Shown one piece after another: positions 1 to 9,095 of a stretch of DNA of 64,000 nt. A program made the translations under genes and the position numbers. The notes beneath the pieces are model-generated. The model searched no databases. It saw only the letters and a program-made list of their open reading frames with translations, and was not told where the DNA came from. Each line of letters begins with the position of its first letter. The first letter of the stretch is position 1. Source of the DNA: Actinomycetota bacterium (lineage in GTDB: Bacteria > Actinomycetota > UBA4738 > HRBIN12). The stretch spans positions 5,113-69,112 of the forward strand of contig JBOGVD010000085.1 in NCBI GenBank assembly GCA_050696355.1, written 5' to 3'.

Positions 1-161
1 GGCGAGACACTGAACGACGCCGTCTTCTCCTGGTGGAATGGGCAGAGGCCGGACATCGAGTCGTGGCCCGTCTTCTTGAGGGTCAGATACTGGGAGACGA
101 GCGCGACGATGTCCGTCCGCTCCTTGACCGCATCGATGTCCTCCTGCCTGATCCTGCTCAT
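1..161 (-). CDS. dnaG: DNA primase, N-terminal part only (gene continues past the window edge)
   Basis: My minus-strand translation from ATG at 161 gives MSRIRQEDIDAVKERTDIVALVSQYLTLKKTGHDSMSGLCPFHQEKTASFSVS, the CHC2 zinc-finger N-terminus of DnaG. It lies downstream of dgt as in many Actinomycetota. Confidence 0.85.
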   Translation of the reverse strand, partial: MSRIRQEDIDAVKERTDIVALVSQYLTLKKTGHDSMSGLCPFHQEKTASFSVS

Positions 162-177
162 CTTCTCTGGGCCATCC

Positions 178-1197
178 CTACCCCTGGTCGTGCAGCCAGC
201 CCCGGGGAAGGAACAGTCGCTCGTACATGCGGAGCGCGTACCGGTCCGTCATGCCCGAGATGTAGTCGGCCACGCGGATCGGGAGGTCGCCCGGCGCCCG
301 ATGGTGCTCCTCGGGCATGTCGTCCGGATGGTCCAGGAAATGCTGGAACAGCTCGCGGAGCAGCCGCGTGGCGCGCTCGTGCTCCCCGTGGGTGTCCTCG
401 CGGAGGTACACCTGCTCGAACATGAAGTCGCGGAGACCGTCCAGGGCAGCGAACACGGGCTTCGTCAGCCGGATCTCGGGCTGGTCCTCGCTCGCGCCCA
501 CGAGGTCGGTCACGAGGGTGTTGATCCGCGCGGCGTGTGTCGCTCCGAGGACCCGCATCGGTCCGGCGGGGAGCTCGGCCTCGGTCAGGAGGCCCGCTCG
601 CAGCGCGTCGTCCACGTCGTGGTTCAGGTACGCGATCCGGTCCGCGAACCGGACGATCTGCGCCTCCAACGTCGAGGGCGGAGGCATGGACCAGGGATGG
701 TTCACGATCCCGTCGCGGACCTCCCACGTGAGGTTCAGGCCCTCTCCGCTGTTCTCGAGGTGGTCCACGACCCGCAGCGACTGCTCCGAATGGCGGAACG
801 GCCGGCCGAGGAACGGCGTCAGCGCCTGCTCCCCCAGGTGTCCGAACGGCGTGTGGCCGAGGTCGTGGCCGAGGGCGATCGCCTCCGCGAGGTCCTCGTT
901 CAGCCGGAGCGCGCGAGCCGCCGTCCGCGCGATCTGCGACACGTCGAGGGTGTGGGTCAGCCGGACTCGGTAGTGGTCGCCCTGCGGCGAGAGGAACACC
1001 TGCGTCTTGTGCTTGAGCCGCCGGAACGCCTTGGCGTGGACGATCCGATCCCGGTCGCGCTGGTAGACGGTCCTGAGGTCGTCCTGCGGGTCGTCCTGCT
1101 CGCGTCCTTTGCTGGCCGAGGCCAGCTGGGCTCGGTCCGAGAGGACCTGTCGTTCGATCTTTTCTGTTCGCTCACGAGGGGTCCTCATCGTGTCCAT
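178..1197 (-). CDS. dgt: dGTP triphosphohydrolase-like HD-domain protein
   Basis: HD-domain motifs HDLGHTPFGH and DRIAYLNHDVDD are present. I chose the start at internal ATG 1197 (MDTMRTPRE) because the longer ORF overlaps the upstream gene. Confidence 0.85.
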   Translation of the reverse strand: MDTMRTPRERTEKIERQVLSDRAQLASASKGREQDDPQDDLRTVYQRDRDRIVHAKAFRRLKHKTQVFLSPQGDHYRVRLTHTLDVSQIARTAARALRLNEDLAEAIALGHDLGHTPFGHLGEQALTPFLGRPFRHSEQSLRVVDHLENSGEGLNLTWEVRDGIVNHPWSMPPPSTLEAQIVRFADRIAYLNHDVDDALRAGLLTEAELPAGPMRVLGATHAARINTLVTDLVGASEDQPEIRLTKPVFAALDGLRDFMFEQVYLREDTHGEHERATRLLRELFQHFLDHPDDMPEEHHRAPGDLPIRVADYISGMTDRYALRMYERLFLPRGWLHDQG

Positions 1198-1241
1198 GGT
1201 AGCGGCGGCGGGAGACAGGCCGGTCTCGGGTTCTTCTGCAC

Positions 1242-1853
1242 CTACCCGCCGAACAGTCGGTAGTAGAGGTACGCGAACGTCTCGCGCACGTACCCCTCGA
1301 ACCGCGTCTCCTGTGAGGTCGCCGCCGACTGCCAGGTCGCGGATGCGTGTCCCTCGATCCCGAGGTCCCCGGCCATCCGCTCCACCCGGGCGTTGTGCCA
1401 CGGGTCGGACACGAGGAACGCCGAGCCGATCCCGGCCTCCCGCATCACGGGGGCGGCAGCCCGGAGCGAGCCGAACGTCGTGCGCCCCTCGGGGACCAGG
1501 ACGATCGCCTCCGAGGGCACGCCTCGCTCCACGAGGTACGCAGCGCCCGCCTCCGCCTCGGTGAACCGGTCGCCGGGCTGCCCTCCGCCCAAGACGAGGA
1601 CGCGCTCCGCCCTGCCCTGCTCGTACAGGAGCGCGGCGTGATCCAGGCGCCCGGCGAACACCGGGGACGGCGCGCCGTCGTACTGCGCCGCGCCCAGGAC
1701 CACGATCGCGTCTGCCCGGTCGAGCTGCGAGGCGTCGTCATGGTGGGCTGCCCGCCACACCACGATCGCGCAGCCGGCGAGGAAGCCGGCGGAGAGGAAC
1801 ACCACGAAGGCGATGGATGCCACGACCGGATGCCGACGGAGGAGTCGCACCAT
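1242..1853 (-). CDS. DUF218 / YdcF-ElyC-SanA family membrane-anchored protein
   Basis: N-terminal TM helix followed by IVVLGAAQYDG...VLVLGGG...LVSDPWH, the usual DUF218 pattern. Confidence 0.7.
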   Translation of the reverse strand: MVRLLRRHPVVASIAFVVFLSAGFLAGCAIVVWRAAHHDDASQLDRADAIVVLGAAQYDGAPSPVFAGRLDHAALLYEQGRAERVLVLGGGQPGDRFTEAEAGAAYLVERGVPSEAIVLVPEGRTTFGSLRAAAPVMREAGIGSAFLVSDPWHNARVERMAGDLGIEGHASATWQSAATSQETRFEGYVRETFAYLYYRLFGG

Positions 1854-1882
1854 CCAAGGCTAGCAACGCTTCTCCGGACGGT

Positions 1883-2305
1883 TCAGTCCGAGCAGACGAT
1901 CTTCACGTTCGCGACGAACGCCACCTCCTCGCCCGCGTCCACAACCCGTCCCTCGACCTCTCGGCGTGAGTCGCCCACGGCACCGATGAGGTATCCGTCG
2001 CCCGCGGCATCGGGCAGGCCCTCGAAGCACTCGGTCGGGGCAACCATCAACGCGGTTCCGAGCGGATCCAGCATCCGTTGGGTCAGGGCATCGAGGTCGC
2101 TCGGATCGGACGCCACGTCGATGACCGCGATCCACCGCTCCGGATACAGATACGGGGGGGCGGGGGCCGACGGTCGGGAGACGGTCGGCGTGGCGACCGA
2201 CGGTGTGGAGCCCTGCCCGGGTCCCGGATCGTCCGCGCAGGCGGCCAGCGTCAGCGCGAAACCGAACGCGACCAGCGGTCCGCGCATCTCGAACCCGCCC
2301 TTCAT
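1883..2305 (-). CDS. hypothetical lipoprotein
   Basis: Lipobox LTLAAC follows a signal peptide. Its ATG (2305) overlaps the upstream stop (2302-2304) as ATGA. Confidence 0.55.
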   Translation of the reverse strand: MKGGFEMRGPLVAFGFALTLAACADDPGPGQGSTPSVATPTVSRPSAPAPPYLYPERWIAVIDVASDPSDLDALTQRMLDPLGTALMVAPTECFEGLPDAAGDGYLIGAVGDSRREVEGRVVDAGEEVAFVANVKIVCSD

Positions 2306-3639
2306 GGCGTCACGATCCAACTGTTCGGAGTGTAGGCGGGGAGGGCGGTCCGGAAGTCGGCGATCGCGGCGCTCGGATCGGCGTCGTGAGGGAGATGGAG
2401 CAACGCCCCGAAGACACCCGGGCGGATCGCGAGCGGCGCCTCATCGTTACCGACGACGTCCACGACGGAGCCAGGGTAGGTTCGCCGGATCTCCACCGCC
2501 ACGGCCTCGGCTTCGACGGAAGTCTCGAAGTCACCGACGATCACCGCGACCTCGTCCGCGCTCGCACCCGTGCCCTCGCCCGCGTCCGGCTGATCCCCAC
2601 GGAGCGGCACGTACGAGCCGCCACCCCGCCGGTCCGGATCGGCCACGTCGATCGGGTCGACCAGGACGGCACCGCACCCGATCGTGTGCATGGTGCCCGC
2701 CCGCTCGACCTGGAGCAGATGTCTGCCGTTCGTCGGGTCCGGACGGCTCCAGAGGAGCCTCCCGCGAAGCGACCCCGCGAGGTAGCGCTCGCCGTCGAGC
2801 CGTCTCACGCGTACTGCCGCGCCGTCCTCGTAGCGCCAGAGCTCGAACCTGGGCGCCTCCGTCGACGAACCACGCCCGCTGACCCGCACGAGATCGATCC
2901 CGCCTGCGCGGGCTACCGGAGTACGGATCGTCACCCACATGTCGCTCTCTGCTCGGAAGTGGGTGAGCTGGCGCCACCGCGTCCCGCCGACGTCGGTGGC
3001 CCACAGGTCGCCCGACTGCTCCCCGTCGGGCACCCCCCCGTCGATAGGCGTTGACACCACCGCGGCGACGCGGCGATCCGATTGGAACACCGGTGCGAAG
3101 ACGCGCGCCCCATGAACGGGCGCCGGGAGCTCGTCGGTCTCGCCTGTGACGGGGTCTCGTACCACGATCGACGAGCCCGTCGACCAGGCGAGGCGGCCGC
3201 TCGCCGACCACGCGGGATGCAACGCCTCCGTCACTTGGGGCAGAACGTCCACACCCTCCGGCGTCACGGCGACCACGACGTCGGCGCCGACCCGATCGAT
3301 GACATAGGCGGTACCGACGCCCGGTCGGAGGGCGAGATGCCTGAGCGTGGCGCGCCCGAGCGACGTCGCCGGCCGGCGCACCCCCACCGACGAGAGTCCC
3401 TCGCCGGTCACCACCCGCCCTGCACCGATGGACACGAGCCGCCCGCCGGCCACCGCCCAGAGCCCCCGGCCCGAAACGAGGCCGGGCGCCCCTCGGGCGA
3501 ATGCCGGCAAGGCCGGACATCCTCGGGAGAGGTCCGCCAGCGCGGAGCCGGTTGTCGAGCCACCGGCCCCCGCTGTGAGCAGACCGGCGGCCGACGAGGC
3601 TACGACGACCGCCGCGATCATGAGTCTCCGCACCATCAT
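2302..3639 (-). CDS. secreted beta-propeller (TolB/PD40-like) protein
   Basis: Start taken at ATG 3639 (MMVRRLMIAAVVVASSAAG, a signal peptide) with GGAGG a few nt upstream. The body has repeated propeller-like strands. The ORF-track N-terminal extension looks non-coding. Confidence 0.6.
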   Translation of the reverse strand: MMVRRLMIAAVVVASSAAGLLTAGAGGSTTGSALADLSRGCPALPAFARGAPGLVSGRGLWAVAGGRLVSIGAGRVVTGEGLSSVGVRRPATSLGRATLRHLALRPGVGTAYVIDRVGADVVVAVTPEGVDVLPQVTEALHPAWSASGRLAWSTGSSIVVRDPVTGETDELPAPVHGARVFAPVFQSDRRVAAVVSTPIDGGVPDGEQSGDLWATDVGGTRWRQLTHFRAESDMWVTIRTPVARAGGIDLVRVSGRGSSTEAPRFELWRYEDGAAVRVRRLDGERYLAGSLRGRLLWSRPDPTNGRHLLQVERAGTMHTIGCGAVLVDPIDVADPDRRGGGSYVPLRGDQPDAGEGTGASADEVAVIVGDFETSVEAEAVAVEIRRTYPGSVVDVVGNDEAPLAIRPGVFGALLHLPHDADPSAAIADFRTALPAYTPNSWIVTP

Positions 3640-3656
3640 CTCGAACCTCCTCGGGA

Positions 3657-4274
3657 TCAGTAGTTCGTGACGTACTGGAAATGCATGGGATCCGGCGCCG
3701 AGTCCCAGCTGAGGCCCCAGAAGAAGCGATGGCCGGGGGATCCTCCACGCCACACGTCGGGGATGTACGTGCTGTGGTTCTTGCCGTCGATGCCTCGCCC
3801 GTTCCAGTACGTCTGGTACCGCGGGTTCCGCTGCCAGTTCGTGTCGATCGCGGCTCCCCAGGAGTGGACCGACCACGACGTCGACCCGTCGATGAGCCGG
3901 CAGTTGTAGCCGCCGATCCCCGGGTACAGGGCCCCGTTGCGATGCGCGGCGTTGATGTGGTTGCGGATGTTGAACCCGATGTTGCGGGCGAGGTACGTGT
4001 GGTAGAAGACGTACTTCCCGGCCCCGAACGGATCCGTGTCGGCGTTCGGCCACCACGACCGTGCGTTGTTGGCCTTGTCGCTACATCGTGTGCCGAAGAC
4101 GTTGTTGAGTCCGGCGAGACCGCTCGGTCGAGGCGGGACACCTGCGCCCGAATGGTCGTGCGTCCAGTCCGACAGATGGCCGGCGAGCGCCGACGACCCA
4201 GCGAACAGTGTGACCGAGAGCAGCCCGGTCAGGGCCAACGAGATCGCCCGAACACCGGTGGGCGAGCCTGCCAT
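3657..4274 (-). CDS. secreted peptidase M15 (D-Ala-D-Ala carboxypeptidase / VanY-hedgehog fold) cell-wall hydrolase
   Basis: Signal peptide plus zinc-ligand motifs HSWGAAID and DPMHFQY. A strong SD GGAGGGG lies 5 nt upstream of the ATG. Confidence 0.75.
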   Translation of the reverse strand: MAGSPTGVRAISLALTGLLSVTLFAGSSALAGHLSDWTHDHSGAGVPPRPSGLAGLNNVFGTRCSDKANNARSWWPNADTDPFGAGKYVFYHTYLARNIGFNIRNHINAAHRNGALYPGIGGYNCRLIDGSTSWSVHSWGAAIDTNWQRNPRYQTYWNGRGIDGKNHSTYIPDVWRGGSPGHRFFWGLSWDSAPDPMHFQYVTNY

Positions 4275-4429
4275 GACATCCCCTCCTTCGTGGGGGAGGA
4301 GGGAGGACGCCGAACGCTACCCCATGCTCACGCGCGTCACCGTGATGCATCTCACGACCGTTGACTCCCGAATCGGTTGCGGCACGTTGCCCTTCGACGT
4401 CCACCACGGGGCTCCCTCGAGGCGCTGCA
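4275..4429 (-). promoter_or_regulatory. structured 5' leader with anti-SD pyrimidine tract (candidate riboregulator, class unknown)
   Basis: On the mRNA strand, CCUCCCUCCUCCCCC (4292-4306) can pair with the SD GGAGGGG (4280-4286). It can alternatively pair with GAGGGAG at 4412-4418. Confidence 0.3.
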
Positions 4430-5008
4430 TCAGCCCCGTCGTGCCTCCAGCAGCTTGCGCGCCGTCTTCCAGGCGAGCCACACCGATCGGAACGCGAAAC
4501 GCTCCTCTTCGTCGACCCCGTCGTTCGACCATCGGAGGACGAGCAACGCCGGCTGCACCGACTCGAACGATTCGTGCGCCGGCTCAGGGACGTGAGCGCC
4601 GGCCGGGTCGACGACATCGGCGTCACGGATCGCCGTCCTCGGGATCCTGCCGAGTTCCTCGACGGTCTCCGTGTCCTGGTCCAGCAGGAACACGAGGTCG
4701 GACGGCAGCACGGCCGCGATCACGACGGCGACCGTTCGCCGGACGCGTGGCACGACGTTGAGCCGAGGCGCCTCGGGCGGCGGCTCGGGCTCCGGCACCA
4801 CCCCGCACGGGAACGAGTACTCCGCGCGATGCTGCTCCAGCCAGCGGCTCCGGGCGAGGCGTGCCTCGCCTTCCACATCGGGTCGGATGCCCAGTCGGAA
4901 CTGCTCCTCCGCGATCCGCGCGGTGGCGGCGTCTCCGGTGCCGCCGAACAACCACGTCCCCCCGGTGAGGTCCTGGAGGTCGAAGCCAGCCCAGTCGAAG
5001 ATGCTCAC
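4430..5008 (-). CDS. hypothetical protein translationally coupled to ppdK
   Basis: GTG at 5008-5006 overlaps the ppdK TGA (5007-5005). The protein-like sequence starts VSIFDWAGFDLQDLTGG. I recognised no family. Confidence 0.6.
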   Translation of the reverse strand: MSIFDWAGFDLQDLTGGTWLFGGTGDAATARIAEEQFRLGIRPDVEGEARLARSRWLEQHRAEYSFPCGVVPEPEPPPEAPRLNVVPRVRRTVAVVIAAVLPSDLVFLLDQDTETVEELGRIPRTAIRDADVVDPAGAHVPEPAHESFESVQPALLVLRWSNDGVDEEERFAFRSVWLAWKTARKLLEARRG

Positions 5009-7704
5009 GACGACTTCGAGGCGGACTCGGCGGCACCGACGGCCGCCTGCCCGGCCGCCAGCCGCGCCGTCTCCACGCGGAACGGCGAGCAGCTCACGTA
5101 GTCCAGCCCGAGCTCGTGACAGAACACGACGCTGGCCGGGTCTCCGCCGTGCTCGCCGCAGATGCCCACGTGCAGTGTGGGGTTCGCCGCGCGACCTTCG
5201 TCGGAGGCGATCCGCATCAGGCGGCCCACGCCGTCCACGTCGATCGTGACGAACGGGTTGGCCGGGACCAGCTTGCGCTCCTCGTACATCCCCACGAACT
5301 TGCCGATGTCGTCTCGCGAGAACCCGAACGCGGTCTGCGTCAGATCGTTGGTCCCGAACGAGAAGAACTCCGCCGTCTGCGCGATCTCGCCGGCCGTGAC
5401 CGCGGCCCGCGGGAGCTCGACCATCGTCCCCCACTCGAGGTGCGAGAGCTCCACGTTGCCGAGCGACTCCGCCGCGACCGGCTCGAGCTCCTCGCGCATC
5501 TGGCGCAGCTCCGGCGCGGTCGCGACCAGCGGGATCATGACCTCGACCTTCGGGTCACCGCCTTCGGACCGGACCAGTGCCGCCGCCTCGAAGATCGCGC
5601 GGACCTGCATCGCGTAGAGACCGGGTTTCACGATGCCCAGGCGCACCCCACGGAGGCCCAGCATCGGGTTGGTCTCGTGCAGCTCGTTCACCTTCCGCAG
5701 CATCGCTTTCTGGTCGCCGACGTCCTCGCCGCGCGATTCCCCCAGCGCCACCTCCACCGCGAGGTCCACCTGGTCCGGGAGGAACTCGTGCAGCGGCGGG
5801 TCGAGCAGCCGCACGGTCACCGGGAGCCCGTCCATCGCACGGAAGATGCCGACGAAGTCTTCGCGCTGCAGCGGCGCGAGCGTGTCGAGGGCCGTCCGCT
5901 CCTCGTCCGGCGTCTCGGCGAAGATCATCTGCCGCACCGCCTCCACCCGCTCCTCGCCGAGGAACATGTGCTCGGTCCGGCACAGGCCGATCCCCTCCGC
6001 GCCGCGTTCGCGGGCGTTCCGCGCCTGGTCGGGCGTGTCCGCGTTGGCGCGCACGCGAAGCCGCCGGACCTCGTCGGCGTGGGCCATCAGCCCCTCGACG
6101 GCCTTCCAGATCGGTGCGTCGCGCGCGGCATGGTCGCCCTTCCGAGCCTTCTCGAGGAGGGATTCCTCGAGCTCGAGTTCGCCGACGTACACCGTTCCAT
6201 CGAAGCCATCGATCGTGATCACGTCGCCCTCCTTCACGGAGGCCCCGTTCGCCGAGAACATCCGGTCGGCCGGCGAAAGCTTGATCGCGTCGGCACCGCA
6301 CACCGCTGGGATGCCCTCGCCGCGCGCCACCACGGCCGCGTGGGAGTTCGTCCCGCCGGCGCTCGTCAGGATGCCCTGCGCCGCGATCATGCCGTGGTAG
6401 TCGTCGGGCGTCGTCTCGCGCCGCACCAGGATCACCCGATCGCCTTGCGTGCCCATCCGCTGGGCATCGTCGGCCGTGAAGACAACCTTCCCCACCGCCG
6501 CGCCGGGCGAGGCGTTCAAGCCCTTCGCGATCGGCGTCTCCGTTTCCTTCGTGTGCTTCGCGATCACCGGCTTGAACAGCTCCTCGAGCCGGTTCGCGTC
6601 CACGCGCAGCAGCGCGGTGTCGGCGTCGACCAGATCCTCCGCCAGCATGTCGTGGGCCATCACCCATTCGGCGAACGCCGTTCGTTTGCCCACGCGCACC
6701 TGCAGGATCCAGAGCTTCGTCTTCTCGATCGTGAACTCGATGTCGCACATGTCCCGGTAGTGCCGCTCCAGCGTGTCCATGTGCTCACGGAGCCCCCGGT
6801 ACGACGTGGGGTCCAGCTCCTCGAGCCGCACGAGCGGCAAGGTGTTCCGGATCCCCGCCACGACGTCCTCACCTTGGGCGTTCGGGAGGTAGTCGCCGTA
6901 CGCGACCTTCTCCCCCGTCGACGGGTCGCGCGTGAACGCCACGCCGGTCCCCGAGTCCTCGCCACGGTTGCCGAACACCATCGCCTGGACGTTCACCGCC
7001 GTCCCGAGGTCGTCGGAGATCTTGTTCTGCCGCCGGTAGTCGATCGCCCGCTTGCCGTTCCACGACCGGAACACGGCCGCGATCGCCAGACGGAGCTGTT
7101 CGTTCGGATCCTGCGGGAATTCCTCCCCGGTGTGCTCGCGGAAGATCCCGCGGAACTCCTCGATCAGCGCCGTGAGCTCGTGGGCATCCAGGTCGGCGTC
7201 CTGCGTGCCGGGCCCCTTCCGCTCCTTGGCGCGGTCGAGGGCCTCCTCGAAGGCCTCCCCGGGCACGTCCATCACGATCTTGCCGAACATCTGGATGAAC
7301 CGACGGTAGGCGTCGCGCGCGAAGCGGACGTCCCCCTCGGACTGCTTCGCGAGGCCCTCGACCGACCGGTCGTTCAGCCCGAGGTTCAGGACCGTGTCCA
7401 TCATCCCCGGCATCGAGAACCTGGCGCCGCTCCGGACGCTGACGAGGAGCGGGTCGTCGGGGTCGCCGAGCTCCCGGCCCATCGCCTCCTGCAGCCGCCC
7501 GAGGTGCTCCCCCGCCTCCTGGAGCATCTCCGGGGCCGCGCCGCCCTGCGCGAGGAACACGAGGCAGGCCTCCGTGGTGATCGTGAACCCGGGAGGGACC
7601 GGCAGCCCCATCGTGGTCATCTCGGCGAGATTGGCGCCCTTCCCGCCGAGCAGGTCCTTCATGTCCTTGTTGCCCTCGGAGAAGCCGTACACGTACTTGG
7701 TCAT
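5005..7704 (-). CDS. ppdK: pyruvate, phosphate dikinase
   Basis: 899 aa with full-length PPDK hallmarks: MTKYVYGF...GGKGANLAEM, GGTNSHAAVVARG (phosphohistidine region) and a C-terminal PEP-utilizer TIM barrel with FFSFGTNDLTQ. Confidence 0.95.
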   Translation of the reverse strand: MTKYVYGFSEGNKDMKDLLGGKGANLAEMTTMGLPVPPGFTITTEACLVFLAQGGAAPEMLQEAGEHLGRLQEAMGRELGDPDDPLLVSVRSGARFSMPGMMDTVLNLGLNDRSVEGLAKQSEGDVRFARDAYRRFIQMFGKIVMDVPGEAFEEALDRAKERKGPGTQDADLDAHELTALIEEFRGIFREHTGEEFPQDPNEQLRLAIAAVFRSWNGKRAIDYRRQNKISDDLGTAVNVQAMVFGNRGEDSGTGVAFTRDPSTGEKVAYGDYLPNAQGEDVVAGIRNTLPLVRLEELDPTSYRGLREHMDTLERHYRDMCDIEFTIEKTKLWILQVRVGKRTAFAEWVMAHDMLAEDLVDADTALLRVDANRLEELFKPVIAKHTKETETPIAKGLNASPGAAVGKVVFTADDAQRMGTQGDRVILVRRETTPDDYHGMIAAQGILTSAGGTNSHAAVVARGEGIPAVCGADAIKLSPADRMFSANGASVKEGDVITIDGFDGTVYVGELELEESLLEKARKGDHAARDAPIWKAVEGLMAHADEVRRLRVRANADTPDQARNARERGAEGIGLCRTEHMFLGEERVEAVRQMIFAETPDEERTALDTLAPLQREDFVGIFRAMDGLPVTVRLLDPPLHEFLPDQVDLAVEVALGESRGEDVGDQKAMLRKVNELHETNPMLGLRGVRLGIVKPGLYAMQVRAIFEAAALVRSEGGDPKVEVMIPLVATAPELRQMREELEPVAAESLGNVELSHLEWGTMVELPRAAVTAGEIAQTAEFFSFGTNDLTQTAFGFSRDDIGKFVGMYEERKLVPANPFVTIDVDGVGRLMRIASDEGRAANPTLHVGICGEHGGDPASVVFCHELGLDYVSCSPFRVETARLAAGQAAVGAAESASKSS

Positions 7705-7788
7705 GCCCGAAGTCTACGGAATGGGCGCTTACGGAACGGGCGCCTGTCGGTGTACGCTCGCTTCCTCACGCGCGACGGAGGTTCGACG

Positions 7789-7932
7789 ATGGCACACGCC
7801 AAGGACAAGGGCGCGAAGAACGTCAAGAAGAAGGCCGCGAAGGGCATCAAAGAGAAGCGGGCCGAGAAGAAGTTGAAGCACGACGGCCGCCGTCAGACGG
7901 GCGCCGTCGAGACCATCGGCGAGCGGAACTAG
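7789..7932 (+). CDS. small lysine-rich basic protein (47 aa), hypothetical
   Basis: ATG at 7789 is preceded by GGAGG (7777-7781). The sequence is MAHAKDKGAKNVKKKAAKGIKEKRAEKKLKHDGRR. It is the tail of a long shadow ORF, so it is short and uncertain. Confidence 0.4.
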   Translation: MAHAKDKGAKNVKKKAAKGIKEKRAEKKLKHDGRRQTGAVETIGERN

Positions 7933-9095
7933 GCCTCTTCGATCCTGATCGAGTTCAGGATGTGAAGCAGCAACTGCGGCTGCTCCCGGAGGTACGACTT
8001 TGTGACCAGGACGTTCACGACGATCGGACGTCCCGCCTCCTCGAACTGGAACCAGAGCCTCCGGACCTCACCGCTGCAGGTCACGATGTCATCGAATCGA
8101 GCTGTGGACGGCCGGAGCGAGGGAGGACGGGGCCCGAGCTCCGGGTTCCCGAGCCAGCTCCCGGTCGCGTCGGAGACCGCCACGACCACGCCGAACCTCC
8201 CCAGGCTGGTGAACTCACCGAACGGTCCGCCCAGGCAGAAGCTGTAGCCCTCTTTGACCCCTGGGGTGGTCACCATGAGGATCGGCTGAGGCGCGTCGAT
8301 CACAGTGACGCCCCGGAAGCGGGTAACCTCCCAGCCCTCTGGATGGGTGGTGCTTGCGCGCAGCGACGGCGTCGAGGCGGCCGCCTCGATCCATTGGGGA
8401 GCGCCGCGGACCCCGAATGACCCGAGCATCTGATCGAGCGCTGCCACGTCGGCAGGGATCGCCTCAGGTCCCTCGAAGCGGCGGACAGTCCCGATCCAAT
8501 CCTTCTTGAGCCAAATGCTCTGGAATGACTCCGAGGGACCGCCTCGGATGCCGTTCGATCTGACGAGTAGATCAGGCGTGAGCGGGAGAGTCGTATCGGG
8601 GAGTTCGAACGGGAACCCTGGGATCGAGTCACCCACGATCGGCATGAAAGTGAACGCGACACCGCCCACTGGGAACCCTGCGAAGACGAGTCGATCACTA
8701 CAACCAGGCGGTCCGCCTCGAGGATCTCGGAACTCGAATTCGACGTTCGTCACCATCACGCCAATCCGCTTGGGGGCACCTCGGCACGCCGGCAGCTCGA
8801 GGACCTGCCACGATGGAGGCACCTGCACGGTCCAGCCATTCTGCTCGAGCGACGCGAACGTGTCCCAGTTGGCGATGTTCGCCGGGATCGTTCCGCGCCC
8901 CTCGTTCTGCAGGCCGGCCCACGAAACGGCCCCGACGAAGACACCGACGGCCGCCGCGATCGCCGTGAAGCGGATCGCGCGCATGCGACTCCCGCGCCGG
9001 AGCACCTCCGGCAACCGGTCGACGGGCGCCGATTCGATCCGGGTCGCCTCCCGGTCCAGCACCGCGCCGAGCGCCTCGTCGCGAACGTCGTTCAT
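7929..9095 (-). CDS. putative anti-sigma factor / membrane protein with extracytoplasmic domain
   Basis: ATGA overlap with the upstream ECF sigma gene. It has a cytoplasmic N-terminus, one TM (FTAIAAAVGVFVGAV) and a large C-terminal domain. Confidence 0.55.
   Translation of the reverse strand: MNDVRDEALGAVLDREATRIESAPVDRLPEVLRRGSRMRAIRFTAIAAAVGVFVGAVSWAGLQNEGRGTIPANIANWDTFASLEQNGWTVQVPPSWQVLELPACRGAPKRIGVMVTNVEFEFRDPRGGPPGCSDRLVFAGFPVGGVAFTFMPIVGDSIPGFPFELPDTTLPLTPDLLVRSNGIRGGPSESFQSIWLKKDWIGTVRRFEGPEAIPADVAALDQMLGSFGVRGAPQWIEAAASTPSLRASTTHPEGWEVTRFRGVTVIDAPQPILMVTTPGVKEGYSFCLGGPFGEFTSLGRFGVVVAVSDATGSWLGNPELGPRPPSLRPSTARFDDIVTCSGEVRRLWFQFEEAGRPIVVNVLVTKSYLREQPQLLLHILNSIRIEEA

Noticed and set aside
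4275-4429. A c-di-AMP (ydaO/yuaA) riboswitch call for the M15 peptidase leader.
   Set aside because: Only fragments resemble the motif (CCGAUUCGGGAGUCAACGGUCGUGAG and GGGGUAGCG), and they are in the wrong order. The terminal CAGCUAACC element is missing. I kept it only as an unclassified structured leader pending cmsearch.
4430-5008. Calling the ppdK-coupled ORF the PPDK regulatory protein (DUF299/PDRP).
   Set aside because: It has no P-loop and none of the conserved PDRP segments.
5116-7932. A 938-aa plus-strand ORF antisense to ppdK, and many other long ORFs in the track (for example 76..1263+, 2531..4141-, 11081..13051+, 17689..19557+, 27180..29339+, 39270..41105+, 43051..44589+).
   Set aside because: They are Arg/Pro/Gly/Ala-rich shadow frames typical of high-G+C DNA. 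They lie opposite or out of frame to genes with clear family signatures.
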